Shown here: piece after piece, positions 52,398 through 64,000 of the stretch
How the letters are laid out: each line of letters begins with the position of its first letter
How positions within the stretch are numbered: position 1 is the stretch's first letter
Assembly (NCBI GenBank): GCA_965112155.1
Contig: OZ218107.1
Source of the DNA: Podarcis liolepis
Lineage: Eukaryota
Strand: one strand, 5' to 3'
Length of the DNA stretch: 64,000 nt
Program-made: the position numbers and the translations under genes
The notes under the pieces: generated by a model
The model's input: only the letters and a program-made list of their open reading frames with translations
Told to the model about the DNA's origin: nothing
Databases searched by the model: none

Positions 52398-52475
52398 TGA
52401 GCTTCCTGCTTTGCATTGGGTTAGACTAGATGATCCTCAGGATCCCTTCAAACTCTACAATTCTATGATTTTATA
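52398..52475 (+). mobile_element. CR1/Squam2-type 3' tail fragment
   Basis: gggttagactagatgatcctcaggatcccttcaaactctacaattctatgatt. Confidence 0.8.
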
Positions 52476-53137
52476 AGTCTTCCAATTTTTATGCAGTGAA
52501 GGGATGATGTAGCCTAGCAACAAGGTCAATGTAGAGCCTATGTAGTAACTTGGTTGCAAGAAGCTGCTCTGATCAGAGATTCAATACAGTCAGAGAAGAG
52601 GTTGTGTTGTTCTGAATTACTAAACAGTCTAGTTAATGCAGAGATTGCATAAATTTGGATTCTGCATGGAGGTTCAGTCAAGCTACTGAACCTACTATGT
52701 GCACTTTACTGCATGTGACGAAATGTGATGGAAGATTTCTTTGCTAATTAGATCCCTGCTATGATTTTATTCATTTTAGAAGAACAACCTTCTTTAAACT
52801 TGCTATTTTTAGCTTCCTTTTATTTTCTTTTAATCTCAGAGTTCCTTGCTAATTATTTCTTTTCTTATTCCCAACTCAGTGATATCACTGACTACAATTT
52901 ACAGTGACAACTATTAAAATCTTGGTGCCAAGCACAAGTCATATTTGAGAACACCAGTGCACCAACATTACTCAGGAAGCACTTTGGTTATATGTTTCAC
53001 CGTTAACAGGGAAGAAGTGAAGGTCTCAGAGTTTGCTTTGAGTTCCTGGCTTTGATTCCTCACTTAGGATCTGGTAAAGGTATATCTGAGAGGATGTTTC
53101 AGAATCTGCATTTCTGAGGGAAATAGTGACAAAAGTT

Positions 53138-53285
53138 GATGTGTATATTTAAAGCACATGGCTTCCCTCAAAGACTCCTGGAAACTGTAGTTTTGTGGGT
53201 GTTGGGAATGATAGCTCTGTGAGAGGTAAACTATAATTTCCAGGGAAGCCATGCACTTTAGATGTGCATTATGTATGGTGTGGAG
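53138..53285. mobile_element. Palindromic MITE (Chompy/Harbinger-like)
   Basis: taaagcacatggcttccct ... agggaagccatgcacttta inverted arms. Confidence 0.7.
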
Positions 53286-53572
53286 ATGCCCTAAGAAAAC
53301 TCAGCCAGCTTGGGACTCATGAGGTCTCAAATCAGGATTCTGCCTAACATCGGCTTCTTAAGGAAATCTTCTGGAAAAGTTCTTAGAATACACCTTTGCA
53401 TGGGGTTTCTTCCAGGGATCAGATTTAGAGAGTCACCCACATATATCTTGATTAGGAATTGTGTGGCACTCTGGCAGATTCAATTTCCAATTTGGATATT
53501 GCACTCCATTGATGTGGGCAATTATTCAAAATCTACCTTCTGACCAATTTTTACTTTTAATTGTGGGGAAAT

Positions 53573-53574
<2 letters not shown>

Positions 53575-53622
<48 letters not shown>
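53575..53622. repeat. Compound (TG)n(GA)n microsatellite
   Basis: Visible in sequence. Confidence 0.95.
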
Positions 53623-53623
<1 letters not shown>

Positions 53624-54337
53624 ATATAAACGTGGGTTATGTATGAGGGTATGGCCCTGCCCTCTGCTGACGCATGGACTCTGGATGGTTAGCAGTGAAA
53701 GAGTATGGACCTTGGAGTCAGAAAGCTTCCTCCTTCTGAATTATAGAATCATAGAACAGGAAGGGACTTCAAAGGTAATCCAGTCTAGCTTCCTTGATAG
53801 GTTACAATGGAGGTCCAGGCATCACCATCATCATCATGCCACTTTTCATTCAGTGAATACCAAAGCAATTCACAATAATAACAACTGCAAGAGACAATAA
53901 TAGAAAAATCTGAACAGAGGAGAGGTGCAAAGAGCTTTCCTCTGTGACTGAATGTGGTGGTGACTGATGCAGGTGCCCTTCTACCTCTTGACGGGGGGGG
54001 GGGAGGAGAGAAGAGATGCCTAAGTAATTTTGTGGTCCTTTCACTTTTTCTACTGTTTTAGATGTGGCAGCCATTTTTTGTTGTGCCACATTCCATAGCA
54101 GCCTTTTTGGGACACACCCATGGAACTTCCTCAAAATTCCAGATATGGCCACTGGCCCCCCCCCCAACATTGGCACCCTCTGCAGTAATCCATACTTCAT
54201 AGTTAATGTATGTTGAAAACAATACAGGGGGTAACACTTTGAAACTGCAGGGGTTGTGCAAGGTCAGGGAAAATAAGGGAAATCAAGTTTGGTTTTTTTT
54301 TAATGCAGTGTTTTCTTACAGCCTTGAGGTGCTATAG

Positions 54338-54474
54338 CAGGGATGGGGACCTATGACTCTCCAGATGCTGTTGGACTACAATTCCCATTATCTCTGACAA
54401 TCCAAGATCCTGGCTGGGGCTAATGAAAGTTAAGAGTCAACAAGGCCTGGAGTAGCACAGGTTCTCCACCTCTG
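54338..54474. mobile_element. hAT-Charlie/URR1-like MITE
   Basis: cagggatgggga...ctccagatgctgttggactacaattccca ... cacaggttctccacctctg. Confidence 0.75.
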
Positions 54475-55174
54475 CAATGCATTACATCATGAAACTAGTT
54501 TAAAACTCCTACAAGATAAATGAACACTGAATTTGGGAAGTGTTTTCTAATCCAGACAGGAAACAAGCATCAGTGATAATAGATAGCACACTATCAACAT
54601 CATTATGTAGAAGATAAAAAGTGGAGTGACAGTTTAGTTGAAATTCGTTGTCAGAGATTCATGATGAGGACATGGTGGATCCTCTCCATCTCAAATTCCT
54701 GTCAGAAGGAATATATCAAAAGGGGGTATTGTGGACACACAATGGCTTCTAGTTCACTGAGCAATGTGGCTGCATATCTTGGGACAGTCAGCACACTGGA
54801 GGCAACATGAGTTACGCATGTCAACATTTGGAAGATGAAATATTCCTCCTTCATATAGACTTTTGTATAAGGCTCGACTCCAAGTTTGTTTGGGCCCTTG
54901 GCTGCAAGGAAATTGGTGGATCCCCTTCCCCTTGGCCATTTAGTGCCACCCGTAGCTATAGCAATTCCCATTTAAGCTCACAATAGGGCAAAAATGTATG
55001 AGAACTTACTAAGCTAAATTACAGATGAAGGGAGTTTCTGCCTGTTTTGCTTACTGGCTCTTGTGTGTTTCAGAGCTTTGTGATAGGTAGAGAAGCAAAA
55101 GGTGCAGCATTTGAGTGTGTGATGCATCAGCGTAGAAGGAAAACATCCCTCACTGGATTTCTTGGTGCCCTCCA

Positions 55175-55354
55175 GCTGTAGCTCAGTGGTAGAGCATCTG
55201 TTTTGTGTGCAGACAGGGCCAGGTTTGCTCCTCAGCTCCCTCAGGTAGGGCTGGGAAAGACTCTGAAACCCCGGAGAGCCACAACCATCATAGATAATAC
55301 TGAGCTAGATGGACCATTGGGCAGACTCGTATAAGGTAGCTTTGTAAGTTCCTA
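55175..55354 (+). mobile_element. tRNA-derived SINE, most complete copy of its family in the window
   Basis: Head gctgtagctcagtggtagagca (A box), degenerate B box aggtttgctcc, body tgaaacccc.gagagcc...actgagctagatggacc, tail ataaggtagc...ttccta. Confidence 0.8.
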
Positions 55355-57757
55355 ATAACAACAAACTTCTCATTAGAAGACAATAATGAAAGAAATGAGG
55401 AGCAGATCAAGTGGCAAACAAACAAAAGTAAAAGAAAGCTTCTTTTCTTCTCACAAAGGCAGTAGTCTTTCGATTGAACCCCTAAACTTACTTATTTACC
55501 AGAGAGTACATTTTACAGAACACACTGGGACCTTCTCCTGAATAAAAGTATTTGGGATTGGGTTGCAGGACTGATTGAGATGTAAGTAACATGCTACAGT
55601 TGGGCAGCCGTGGCATCTATCAGGCAGGTGAGTGAGCAAAAGAAAATAACTCCAGATATCTTATCCACAATGACTTTCATTAACTCACATTAAACAGGAC
55701 TTTAGTGAGGGATTTATAGAGACAATAATAATAACCAAAATGGTAGATGAAATATTAACCAACTGTTTTTTCATAGGTCGGGGGGGGGGGAGTAACCAAA
55801 CTTCAAATTTCTAGGGTGTTTGGAAAACGATTGAATTGGGAGCTCTGGCATTCTGATAATTGCAGAATGACTGTGTTTGTTTTTTGTATTTTGAAAAGCT
55901 GTATTTTCAAAACTTATCATAGCCACATTCCTTCCCTGCAATCATATTGTTGCCAATTTTGTTGTTTTATTTAGATATTGCTGATAGCACTATGAACATC
56001 AGAAATCAATAATATTATATTTAGCTGTTGAAATCAAATATTGCCTATCATGTTCCTTCCAGGAGTTTGAATAAGCCCAGAGATTATCTGCACCTAGCAA
56101 AACAGTAGTACTGCTTTATGGAAACTCAAAACCACAGCCTTGTACTAGAGCTTAAGTCAGCACTAATTTAGTCCACAGCAGATATGATAAAACTAGACAA
56201 AACTGCAACATAAACACCTCCTGCACCAAACATTTACCTCTGCTGAATATCCCCCAGATGCAAACTTCCTTGTTAAATTGCCATGTAAAATTCTGTTCAC
56301 TGTTTAAAGACAAACTTTAAAAAGCGACACTTTCATTTTAAAAAGCTGCTTCCCCTCTGTGTCTAGAAGAGCAGCTATAGCTAAATAATGCTGCATCTTT
56401 TCTATTTGGCCTCACAAATAACTTACCAAATAATGTAAACTGATTCTGGTTTTTCCAAGACATTGGCTTCAATTATATGAACGTAAAAGTATCCTTTGTG
56501 TATCTGAAGAAGTGTGCAAGCACATGAAAGCCTATACCAAGAACAAACTTAGTTGATCTATAAGGTGCCACTGGACATTTTTTTTTATATGTTTATTCTT
56601 TGGAATGTTACACTTTGATGTTTCTTTAGAACACATTTGTTCTTACTTTTTAAAGTGAGTTCAGAATAATAATTGATGGTTAAATTGGCCCAAGACATTT
56701 TGCTGCCTGAGGCAAAAAAGATGATCCACACACACCAACTGCAGGCAGGTGTGGCTTGCACAGTGGAGCAGAGCTGCCACAATAGCTTCTGGGTAGCAGT
56801 ATCACTTGCCACACACTGGTAGGGGTGAGGGACCAGCAAGGCTGGGGCTGTGTGGATGCATAGGTGGGAACACTGGATTGGCTCTGCCAGTGTGGCTGCA
56901 CAGCCCCAACCTTGCTGCCATCTTGCCCCTTCCCATCCCTGTAAGCAGCAGTGATGCTGCTATCTGGAAGCTATCTTTGCAGCATCACCCTGTCAGGTAA
57001 ATGCATAGAATTATGAACTGTTCCTGATTCCGTGTTCAGAAGTGGACTGGACTAGCAGTGGAATTCTACTTCAATATTGGCATCCTCCACTGCACCTGAG
57101 GGCAACAGGCCTAAGTGCAGGGGTTGCATGACAAGCCACATGGGACACCCAGTTCTGTCTTCCAACAGAGGAGAGAGAAGGGTGTTGAGAAGGAATGGTT
57201 GGATGGTGGTGGCTCCCATTACTCTAATTCCAGCATCTGCTGCCCAGTGGTGGAGTTGGCCATGTTCCCAGAAGCAGTTTTGCATGTTTTGCATTCATAA
57301 GTGCCTTCTCTCTTGTTCTTAATAAATCTGCATGGAAATCTGCATTCTTTGTTACTTATTTCCTCACAGGACGCACATTTTTTGACATATCTTTAGCTAA
57401 AATATACTTTTTATCCTAAAATATACAATTTTGTGTAGACTTTGGCCTAAACAACACAATTTAATAGGCTTTTTGGTAGTTCTTTGAGCTGAGAACAGTA
57501 CCACAATGTTTGGAGGTGTTTGACAATCAAAGGATAACTTTGTTTCAATTTGTACATCTGGTTGCTTTGCTTAAAAAATGCAAATGAAACAGAATTCTTA
57601 AGCATTCCTAGTTCAGAACATCTGAGAGTTCCTAAAAACCCACCTTCTACGTATGACCTATTAGCAAGAGGACATACTTGCTTCCCCATGTTGTTCCATT
57701 TGAAAGTGTTAAGGTACTCAAACCTGCAATGGGTCCTGAGGCATTCACCCTTTGTGT

Positions 57758-58148
57758 CAGAGGTGAAGAACCTCAGGCCTAGGAGCCATGTGCGGTCTTC
57801 CAGGCCTATCAGATTCACAGGACTCTCCCTAAGCCACACCCACTCCCTGGTCACATACCCTCTTCACAGGCCACACACCTCACTGGCCCTGCTCCACACC
57901 CTCATTGAGTGTTTTTGCCTCGGTAGAATGTGTTGTTGAACTCTGGTGATGCCTCGTTCTTGCCTGGAGGGTGGGTGGGTGGTGGGGTATGAGCGCCGGT
58001 AGAAATTAACCCACTAGGCAAAGGAAATTTTACATTTATTGCTCTGCACACTTTCCCCTCTGGCCCTGCTCATCTCTGGTGCGTGGTTTCTGGAAGATTG
58101 TCCAGAAGGAAATGCAGCCTTTGGGTGGAAAAAGATTCTGCCTCCTTG
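57758..58148. mobile_element. Non-autonomous hAT element
   Basis: Termini cagaggtgaagaacct / agattctgcctccttg; flanks ctttgtgt / ctttatgt (7/8 TSD). Confidence 0.75.
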
Positions 58149-59630
58149 CTTTATGTCATCATCAAACTCTGGCACAACAGAGAACGCCACCAGCAGAGAA
58201 GCTTTGTGAACTTTCATAATGGCACTATGTGACAAGATGCAACACCCCCTAAAAGCTTCCCTATTTGGGTTCTTCCTGCTGTTTCCTCCACGGAATTGTC
58301 TCTGCCTCACCATGCCCAGCCTTCCCTCCAGCCTCTAGTTCCCTGGCCTGGCAAAAGTACTATGATGACCTGGTATGCACCAGGCCCTGATAGGTAGCTA
58401 AGGCTTTCTGGGGGGAAGAGGAAGCCGCTTTCCTGCTTTTTCACTAATTTTCCCAGTTCTGCTGCAGCAGAGTCACAAATTCTTTTCATAGCCAGCCCTT
58501 TTCCTGGCCCTTTAAGGCTTATTGCACTTGCAGGTATTACAGGCTCAAAATGAATTGGTCCAAATCACTAGTTATTAGGGGCAGAAATGAGGCTATTCTT
58601 GAGAGGGGGGGGATGTTTTCTGATAGAATGATTTCTGTGCAAAAATAAGGCATTTTCTTCAGTCTCTTCCTTCACTCCTCTAGGCCCTATGGGTACGTGA
58701 GTGGCAGCTGGTTTCCTTCAATGTTACAAACACAAAACCTGCAGACTGGGGATGAATATTTATGTGTGTTCCTGTCAAGTTTGCAGCCAAAGATCTCAGG
58801 GTTTTGGTATCATATGGATCTTTGCATTTAATTTTCAAGATTTCTCTGCACTGGACTGCAGAGCTGGATCTGGTGCCTGGGGGATGGGAGTGGTTGCAAG
58901 TCGCAGAGGTACAATTGACATTGATTGAACAATTAGCAATTCTTTAAAAAGATGCTGGAAGTCATATCTTCAAGATTTGGGTTCTACAGCCCTAGGAACA
59001 CGAGGTGGCTCAGTGTATTGGCAAACATACATGTAGCCTATTGTTGGTTATTCCTAGCGTAGCGACGCAGCTCGGGCTGAGAGTGCTGGGATCATGGATT
59101 TAGTCTGCACTTTATATATGGTGATAAAATGTGGCATGATACTTTGAAACACATGTGATCCCACACCCCTTCCCACACCCACCTACCCACTACTGTGCAG
59201 AGTAAAGCACATCTAAGTACTATTGATTTTGGAACGGCTTACAGGTACAAAGCCTTCTTTGCCTTTCTAAAAGGTTTTTATTTTGTCCCTTTGGAATGGA
59301 TTCTTGTGTTCTGTGCAATGTACCTTATCAGGCTTCTCATGTCTAAGTTTTTTTAATGTCCTGTATTCCAGTAAATGTTTTTTCCCCATCCATCTATTAG
59401 CAGCACAGAAACACTCGTGCCATCCTTAGTATTCCTTAATGCACATTTCTGCACAGTACTGGTGGGGATTATACCTATTCTGCCAGCAGAAGGTATTGGT
59501 ATTACCACAGAAAAATGTACCACCCCTGCTGGTAAGGATCACAGCTATTTTCAAAGAGCTCTAAGTTTTGAACTATATGTACACATTGGCAGTCTGATTT
59601 TTTTACAGTAGGAAGTGATGGTGTATACTT

Positions 59631-59716
59631 AGGGATGCCATACGTCTGGATTTCCCCAGACATATACGGAATACTTTTCTGTCCAGATTTTCACTGCTTG
59701 AAATATGGCAACCCCA
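59631..59716. mobile_element. MITE with (T)AGGGTTGCC-type termini
   Basis: agggatgccata ... tatggcaacccca; flanks gtatactt / gtacactt (7/8). Confidence 0.7.
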
Positions 59717-59805
59717 GTACACTTTTCATATAAGTGTACTGTGTCCATGTAAGAGAAGTTTACTGTGTGTGCACCGCATAGGTCCATAGTTTATATGGTT
59801 ACAAG

Positions 59806-60095
59806 CAGAGGCGTCGCAAGGTGTGTGTGTTGGGTGCTGTCTGCCCCAGGTGCCATCTCTGAGGGGGGTGACAAAATGCTGTGCGGCACTCAACGTCTGT
59901 GAGAGACGGTGTGACTTTTGCGTGTGTAGGCTTCCTGCTGCCGAAGCGTTCCCCAGAAAAGCTCAACAATTCTGGCTCCCCCAAAACAAGTCAAACCATT
60001 ATTGCAGGCTGGCTAAATAAATAAATAAATAAAAATAAAATTCAATGGGGGAGGGGTTACAAAACATTTCACCACCTGACCTTGCTACGCAAATG
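59806..60095. mobile_element. Non-autonomous hAT element with perfect 8-bp TSD
   Basis: gttacaag at 59798-59805 and 60096-60103; termini cagaggcgtcgcaagg / ccttgctacgcaaatg. Confidence 0.85.
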
Positions 60096-62735
60096 GTTAC
60101 AAGTTTGTGGGGTTCCTGGACTCCCCTCCTAATTCTGGGGTGCCAGATATTGAATGAGAGACAGACTTTGGTAATCTTTCATCATAGCTCAGGTGGTATA
60201 TATTTGTCAATAAACCATATTATCATAAAGACACCACACTCTCCACCATGCCTCATTCCTAAAGGAAACACAAACCTCGGGTAAGTGCCTGACCCCTGGA
60301 ATCTCGCACTGCTCAGAGATTGGGGTGGTGTGATATTTTTGCTACAATATCAATACTGTATCATGTTTGACTGTTAAGCAACTTTCACTGTCTCCTTCAT
60401 TGTGCCCATTATTAGATTGGCAAAAGTAGCTACTAAGCCACGCAAAATGCCTCTCTGCAGCAGTGAGGAGGGAATTTTCCATTTACTTGAAAGCCCTTGG
60501 CATAATTTCCACCTCTTAATGCTGATTTTGGGCCCCTGGCTTACATCTCGACTCACTTTCCCCACCACTACTTCTCTGTGTATGGATTTTAAGGAGTTTT
60601 CGTAATTGTCAGTGCTAAAGTTTACTGCTCATAAAACCCCAGAAAGCATTGATTGTGACTTGGGTAAACCAAGTAGCATATAAAATCTTACAGCAGTTCA
60701 GCCTGAAAAGAGTTTTATGAGGGATGAATTTACCAGGAGTAGCAAGGGGCCTGCAAGATGGCTGCCATCCCATTTTCTACCCTTTTCTGCCAAAATAAAA
60801 TAAGAGGAGTGAGAGTGAGATGTTCTCTGTACTGTAGCCATCAGTTAAACTTTGCTGCCTTTAGATATGGTCTGTTCAATACATTGTGGAATGAGGAGCA
60901 TCACTTCAAATGAAGGGAGATGCCAGCAGTCCTAGAAAAGATTTGGAAGCATCTTCGAAACAAATAGCTTTGTGAGTCTGCTACTGAAAAAAGTAACCAA
61001 GTGTCTTGCGGTACCTGAAAGATTAAAAGGTGTATTATGGCATAAGTCTTAATGGACTAGAATTCACTTTGACAGACGCATGAAGTGTTATATTCAGTTG
61101 TGTGGCCACACATGCACATGTGGGTGGAGGTTATAGATGGAGCCATATTCCCATGAGCTGCAAAAAGTGCGGTCTGTGAAAATTCTGTGTGAAGCTTAAG
61201 ATAAGATAAGTGACCGTTCATAACACAAGTAATTGGGGATAACACAATCACCCTAGCTTTGCTATGTTAATTAACACCTGTTGTAGGCCTGGAAGGTAGA
61301 AATTATTGTCTCATAGCCAAAACAGACAATAATTGCATGGATTACAAATTTTTGAAAAATTGCCACCCAGCATGGAAGGAGGGTGTGTGTTTTATTGGAA
61401 CCACGATGCACAAAGAGAGGACAATTAACTATTTCCTCCCCAATCACAGAACACCACCATTAAACTGCAATCAGCATTGGAAGCAAGCTCCATTAGTGCC
61501 AATGGGAACCTTTTTATAATGTTAATTGTGGTGGAGGGCCATTTTTGTCAGACTCATGGATGGGGAAGGATTAAAACTTTGCCGTCCCAATGAAAATGAT
61601 TAAATTCCATACAAGTATTGTTGGGATATCTGAGAAATGAGACAGGACCAAAGCAACTAGATCCTCTAGGCAATTTCTGTTCCCATTTTCCATTTCAATC
61701 ATCTCTGGTTTAGTTTCATTCTTCATTTCATTGTCAGTTCCTTCTAATCTTGTCAATTTTGTATCTATTTTTCCTCTAATACTTCTATTTTTCATTAAAT
61801 GACTTTTGTTTGCTCTGTAATCATCTGCTTGAGAATGTCCACAGTAAGCAAGGACCCTGAAGATCTCTTTCTTTCTTGCAGTTCTTCCATAAGATCAGGA
61901 AAAAATTGCAATACATTAGAACATACAATAATTTGAAACACTAAAACAGATTAAATTTCACATTGTGGTATGTTCTGGGTAGGAACCAGGACAATGTAGA
62001 TATATGAGAGGTGTTCAGCATTTTTTCAGTATACAGTGGTGATTATGTATATGACCATTACCGGACACAGTATTTGCCCATAGTGAACCTGGTGCATGGA
62101 ATGCTCTTGTCTCATCTCGATGGTGGGGTCAAAACTTATTGAAGTGGAATTTCTCAAGGGTCTTCTGACTGGGTCTAGATAATGATGTCCTCAATGAAGA
62201 GGAGGGTACAGAAGCTTGAAGAAGTGTTGTTCTGAATCAGCCACAGAACATATTATTAAACAACGTGAATACTCACAGCAGTGCTTTTGACAGGGTGATG
62301 TATGGAAACTATTCAACATATCAAATTAAGACGGGGATTAGAATCCCCTTTACTCAAAATCCATTATGTGAAGAAAGTGAAGGCAGCAGAGGGAATTAAC
62401 GCAGACATACTTATTCTGCAGGGGGCTCGTGGATATGGAAAATACTTCCCAGAAGTATTTGTAAACTTCTGTCTTCGCCTTTAGGAAAATGTGCAAAACA
62501 TTCTTAAGAAATCATTATCTTGCATTAACATTTTTGATTCATGAACTTATAACTTGAAACTCTTGCAATAGAGCATACTCTTTCTTTGAGAAATTATTTC
62601 CATAAAATACTACAATGTTTAGTAGGAAGACGAGTCACTGTATTTTTTCAATTCCACTTCAATGCCAGGCAATTTTAAATTTACATAAATTAAAATGGAT
62701 GATACATGTGGATCTCACTGATTTAGATTGTAGAC

Positions 62736-62868
62736 CAGATGTAGGGAACTTTTGGAGTTCCAGATGTTGCTGAAGTTCAAGTCCGATCATTCCTGGTCAC
62801 CAGCTCTGCTTGTTGGGACTTGAAGTTCAGCAACATTGGGGGGGGGGCGCAAAAGTTTCCTACACCTG
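62736..62868. mobile_element. hAT-Charlie/URR1-like MITE
   Basis: cagatgtagggaacttttg ... caaaagtttcctacacctg; flanks ttgtagac / tttcagac resemble the NTCTAGAN target. Confidence 0.78.
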
Positions 62869-63397
62869 TTTCAGACCATGCCAGCTATTCAGAGAATCAT
62901 TAGGACCAAGTAGGCTTTCAGATGATGTTGCCAGTTTTAGTTCCAGTGTAATTATGGTGCTCCTTCTGTATCAGCTGTATTTTTCTATATTCTTTATTTA
63001 TTATTACCTTTGGGTCCCAGAAGAGAATTGCAAGTAAAATGTCGGCCATGATCATGAGTGGAAGGGAGTTTGTATATGCTAAAGACTCATGAGGTTGTAT
63101 GTAATATAGTGTACCTCTGTTTACAAACATGCATTGCACTCCCCACTGCACACACAATGAGACCCCAACAAGTATGAGCCAGGCCATTCAGTTTTGGGGA
63201 AGAGTTTCCCCCGCTCACTGTACCAATATCCTCAAATGCAGCAGTTTACTTTCCTCCCTAGAAAAAAAATGGCAGCAATCAATTTATATAGGAGAAAGTA
63301 AAAAGGTGGACTAATGGATATTGTTATGCGTGTCTAAACTTGCTCCCTGGCACTGGTAACGCCAGTGGACTCAACCAATGGGAATCATGAGCATTCT

Positions 63398-63548
63398 ACA
63401 TAGAATCATAGAATTGTAGAGTTGGAAAGGACCCTGAGGATCATTTCAGTCCAACTCTCTGCAATGCAGGAATATACAGCTGTTCCATATGGGGACCAAA
63501 CCTGCAACCTTGACATTATCATACTCTCTAAACAACTGAGCTATCCAG
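63398..63548 (-). mobile_element. Squam2-like SINE (tRNA head plus CR1 tail)
   Basis: Minus strand ggatagctcagttg (A box), gcaggtttggtcccc (B box-like), tail ttccaactctacaattctatgattctatg shared with the CR1 3' end at 14932. Confidence 0.82.
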
Positions 63549-64000
63549 GATGTCTAAGCCTAATTATACTTGCATAGCTGCATCTCTTCATCTACATACC
63601 ACTATTATAAGTTAGAATGTTCTTTTGTGTGTAGATTTTTAAATAATGGCTAGTCATTCCACCCGCCATCTCAGGATTGGCAATCACATTTGAAGATAAT
63701 TTCAACAGTGAAGTAGAAAATATTCTTCTATTTAGGGAAATATTTTGTTCTGTGTCAGCTTTAAAACAAATATTACAGTTGAAATACATTGTATGTCGTT
63801 GCAAATGCAGCAGGTGATTTCACTGTTTCCCCTGCTTTGGTTTTAATAGTGGAATCACTGTACCGCTTTTTAACTCAGCCTCTTGTCTCTTTGGCAGTAT
63901 AAAGTGTTGCAGTGAAAATATCAAATAAAGCTACTGCATCGTGCATGGTTCTCCTTCACGAACATGTATAGCTTTCTTGGATTACAGTCCTTATGCATGG

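Noticed and set aside
55175-55245. Possible tRNA gene (tagctcagtggtagagca)
   Set aside because: T-arm/B box degenerate, no acceptor stem, and it runs into a SINE body found elsewhere in the window.
60193-60286. Cryptic exon ending at CGG|gtaagt
   Set aside because: Weak acceptor, 88 nt is frameshifting, and such donors are common by chance in long introns.

Overview
This is vertebrate genomic DNA from a squamate, probably a lacertid lizard: it carries Sauria/Squam1-, Squam2- and Squam3-type SINEs and a BovB fragment. The whole window lies inside GRIN2B (NMDA receptor subunit GluN2B) on the + strand. Five coding exons at 37282-45097 have canonical AG/GT boundaries and compatible phases. They encode the end of the ATD, the S1 ligand-binding segment, M1, the M2 pore loop and M3 (SYTANLAAF). 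About 37 kb upstream and 19 kb downstream are intron; I did not find the neighbouring exons. The introns hold decayed LINEs (L1, CR1, L2, BovB), tRNA-derived SINEs, non-autonomous hAT and Tc1/mariner-pogo elements, a possible solo LTR and microsatellites. Nearly all other ORFs in the track are spurious or repeat-derived. I found no convincing new multi-gene system. The best leads are: non-conservative GluN2B substitutions (E517A next to the glutamate-binding Arg, an extra N-glycosylation sequon, a remodelled ATD-LBD linker); an in-frame exon block flanked by inverted SINE copies (circRNA candidate); a GC-rich hAT-like element that may have captured a host first exon; and candidate enhancers and hairpins. 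Human residue numbers, human exon sizes and repeat family names come from memory and need confirming by alignment.
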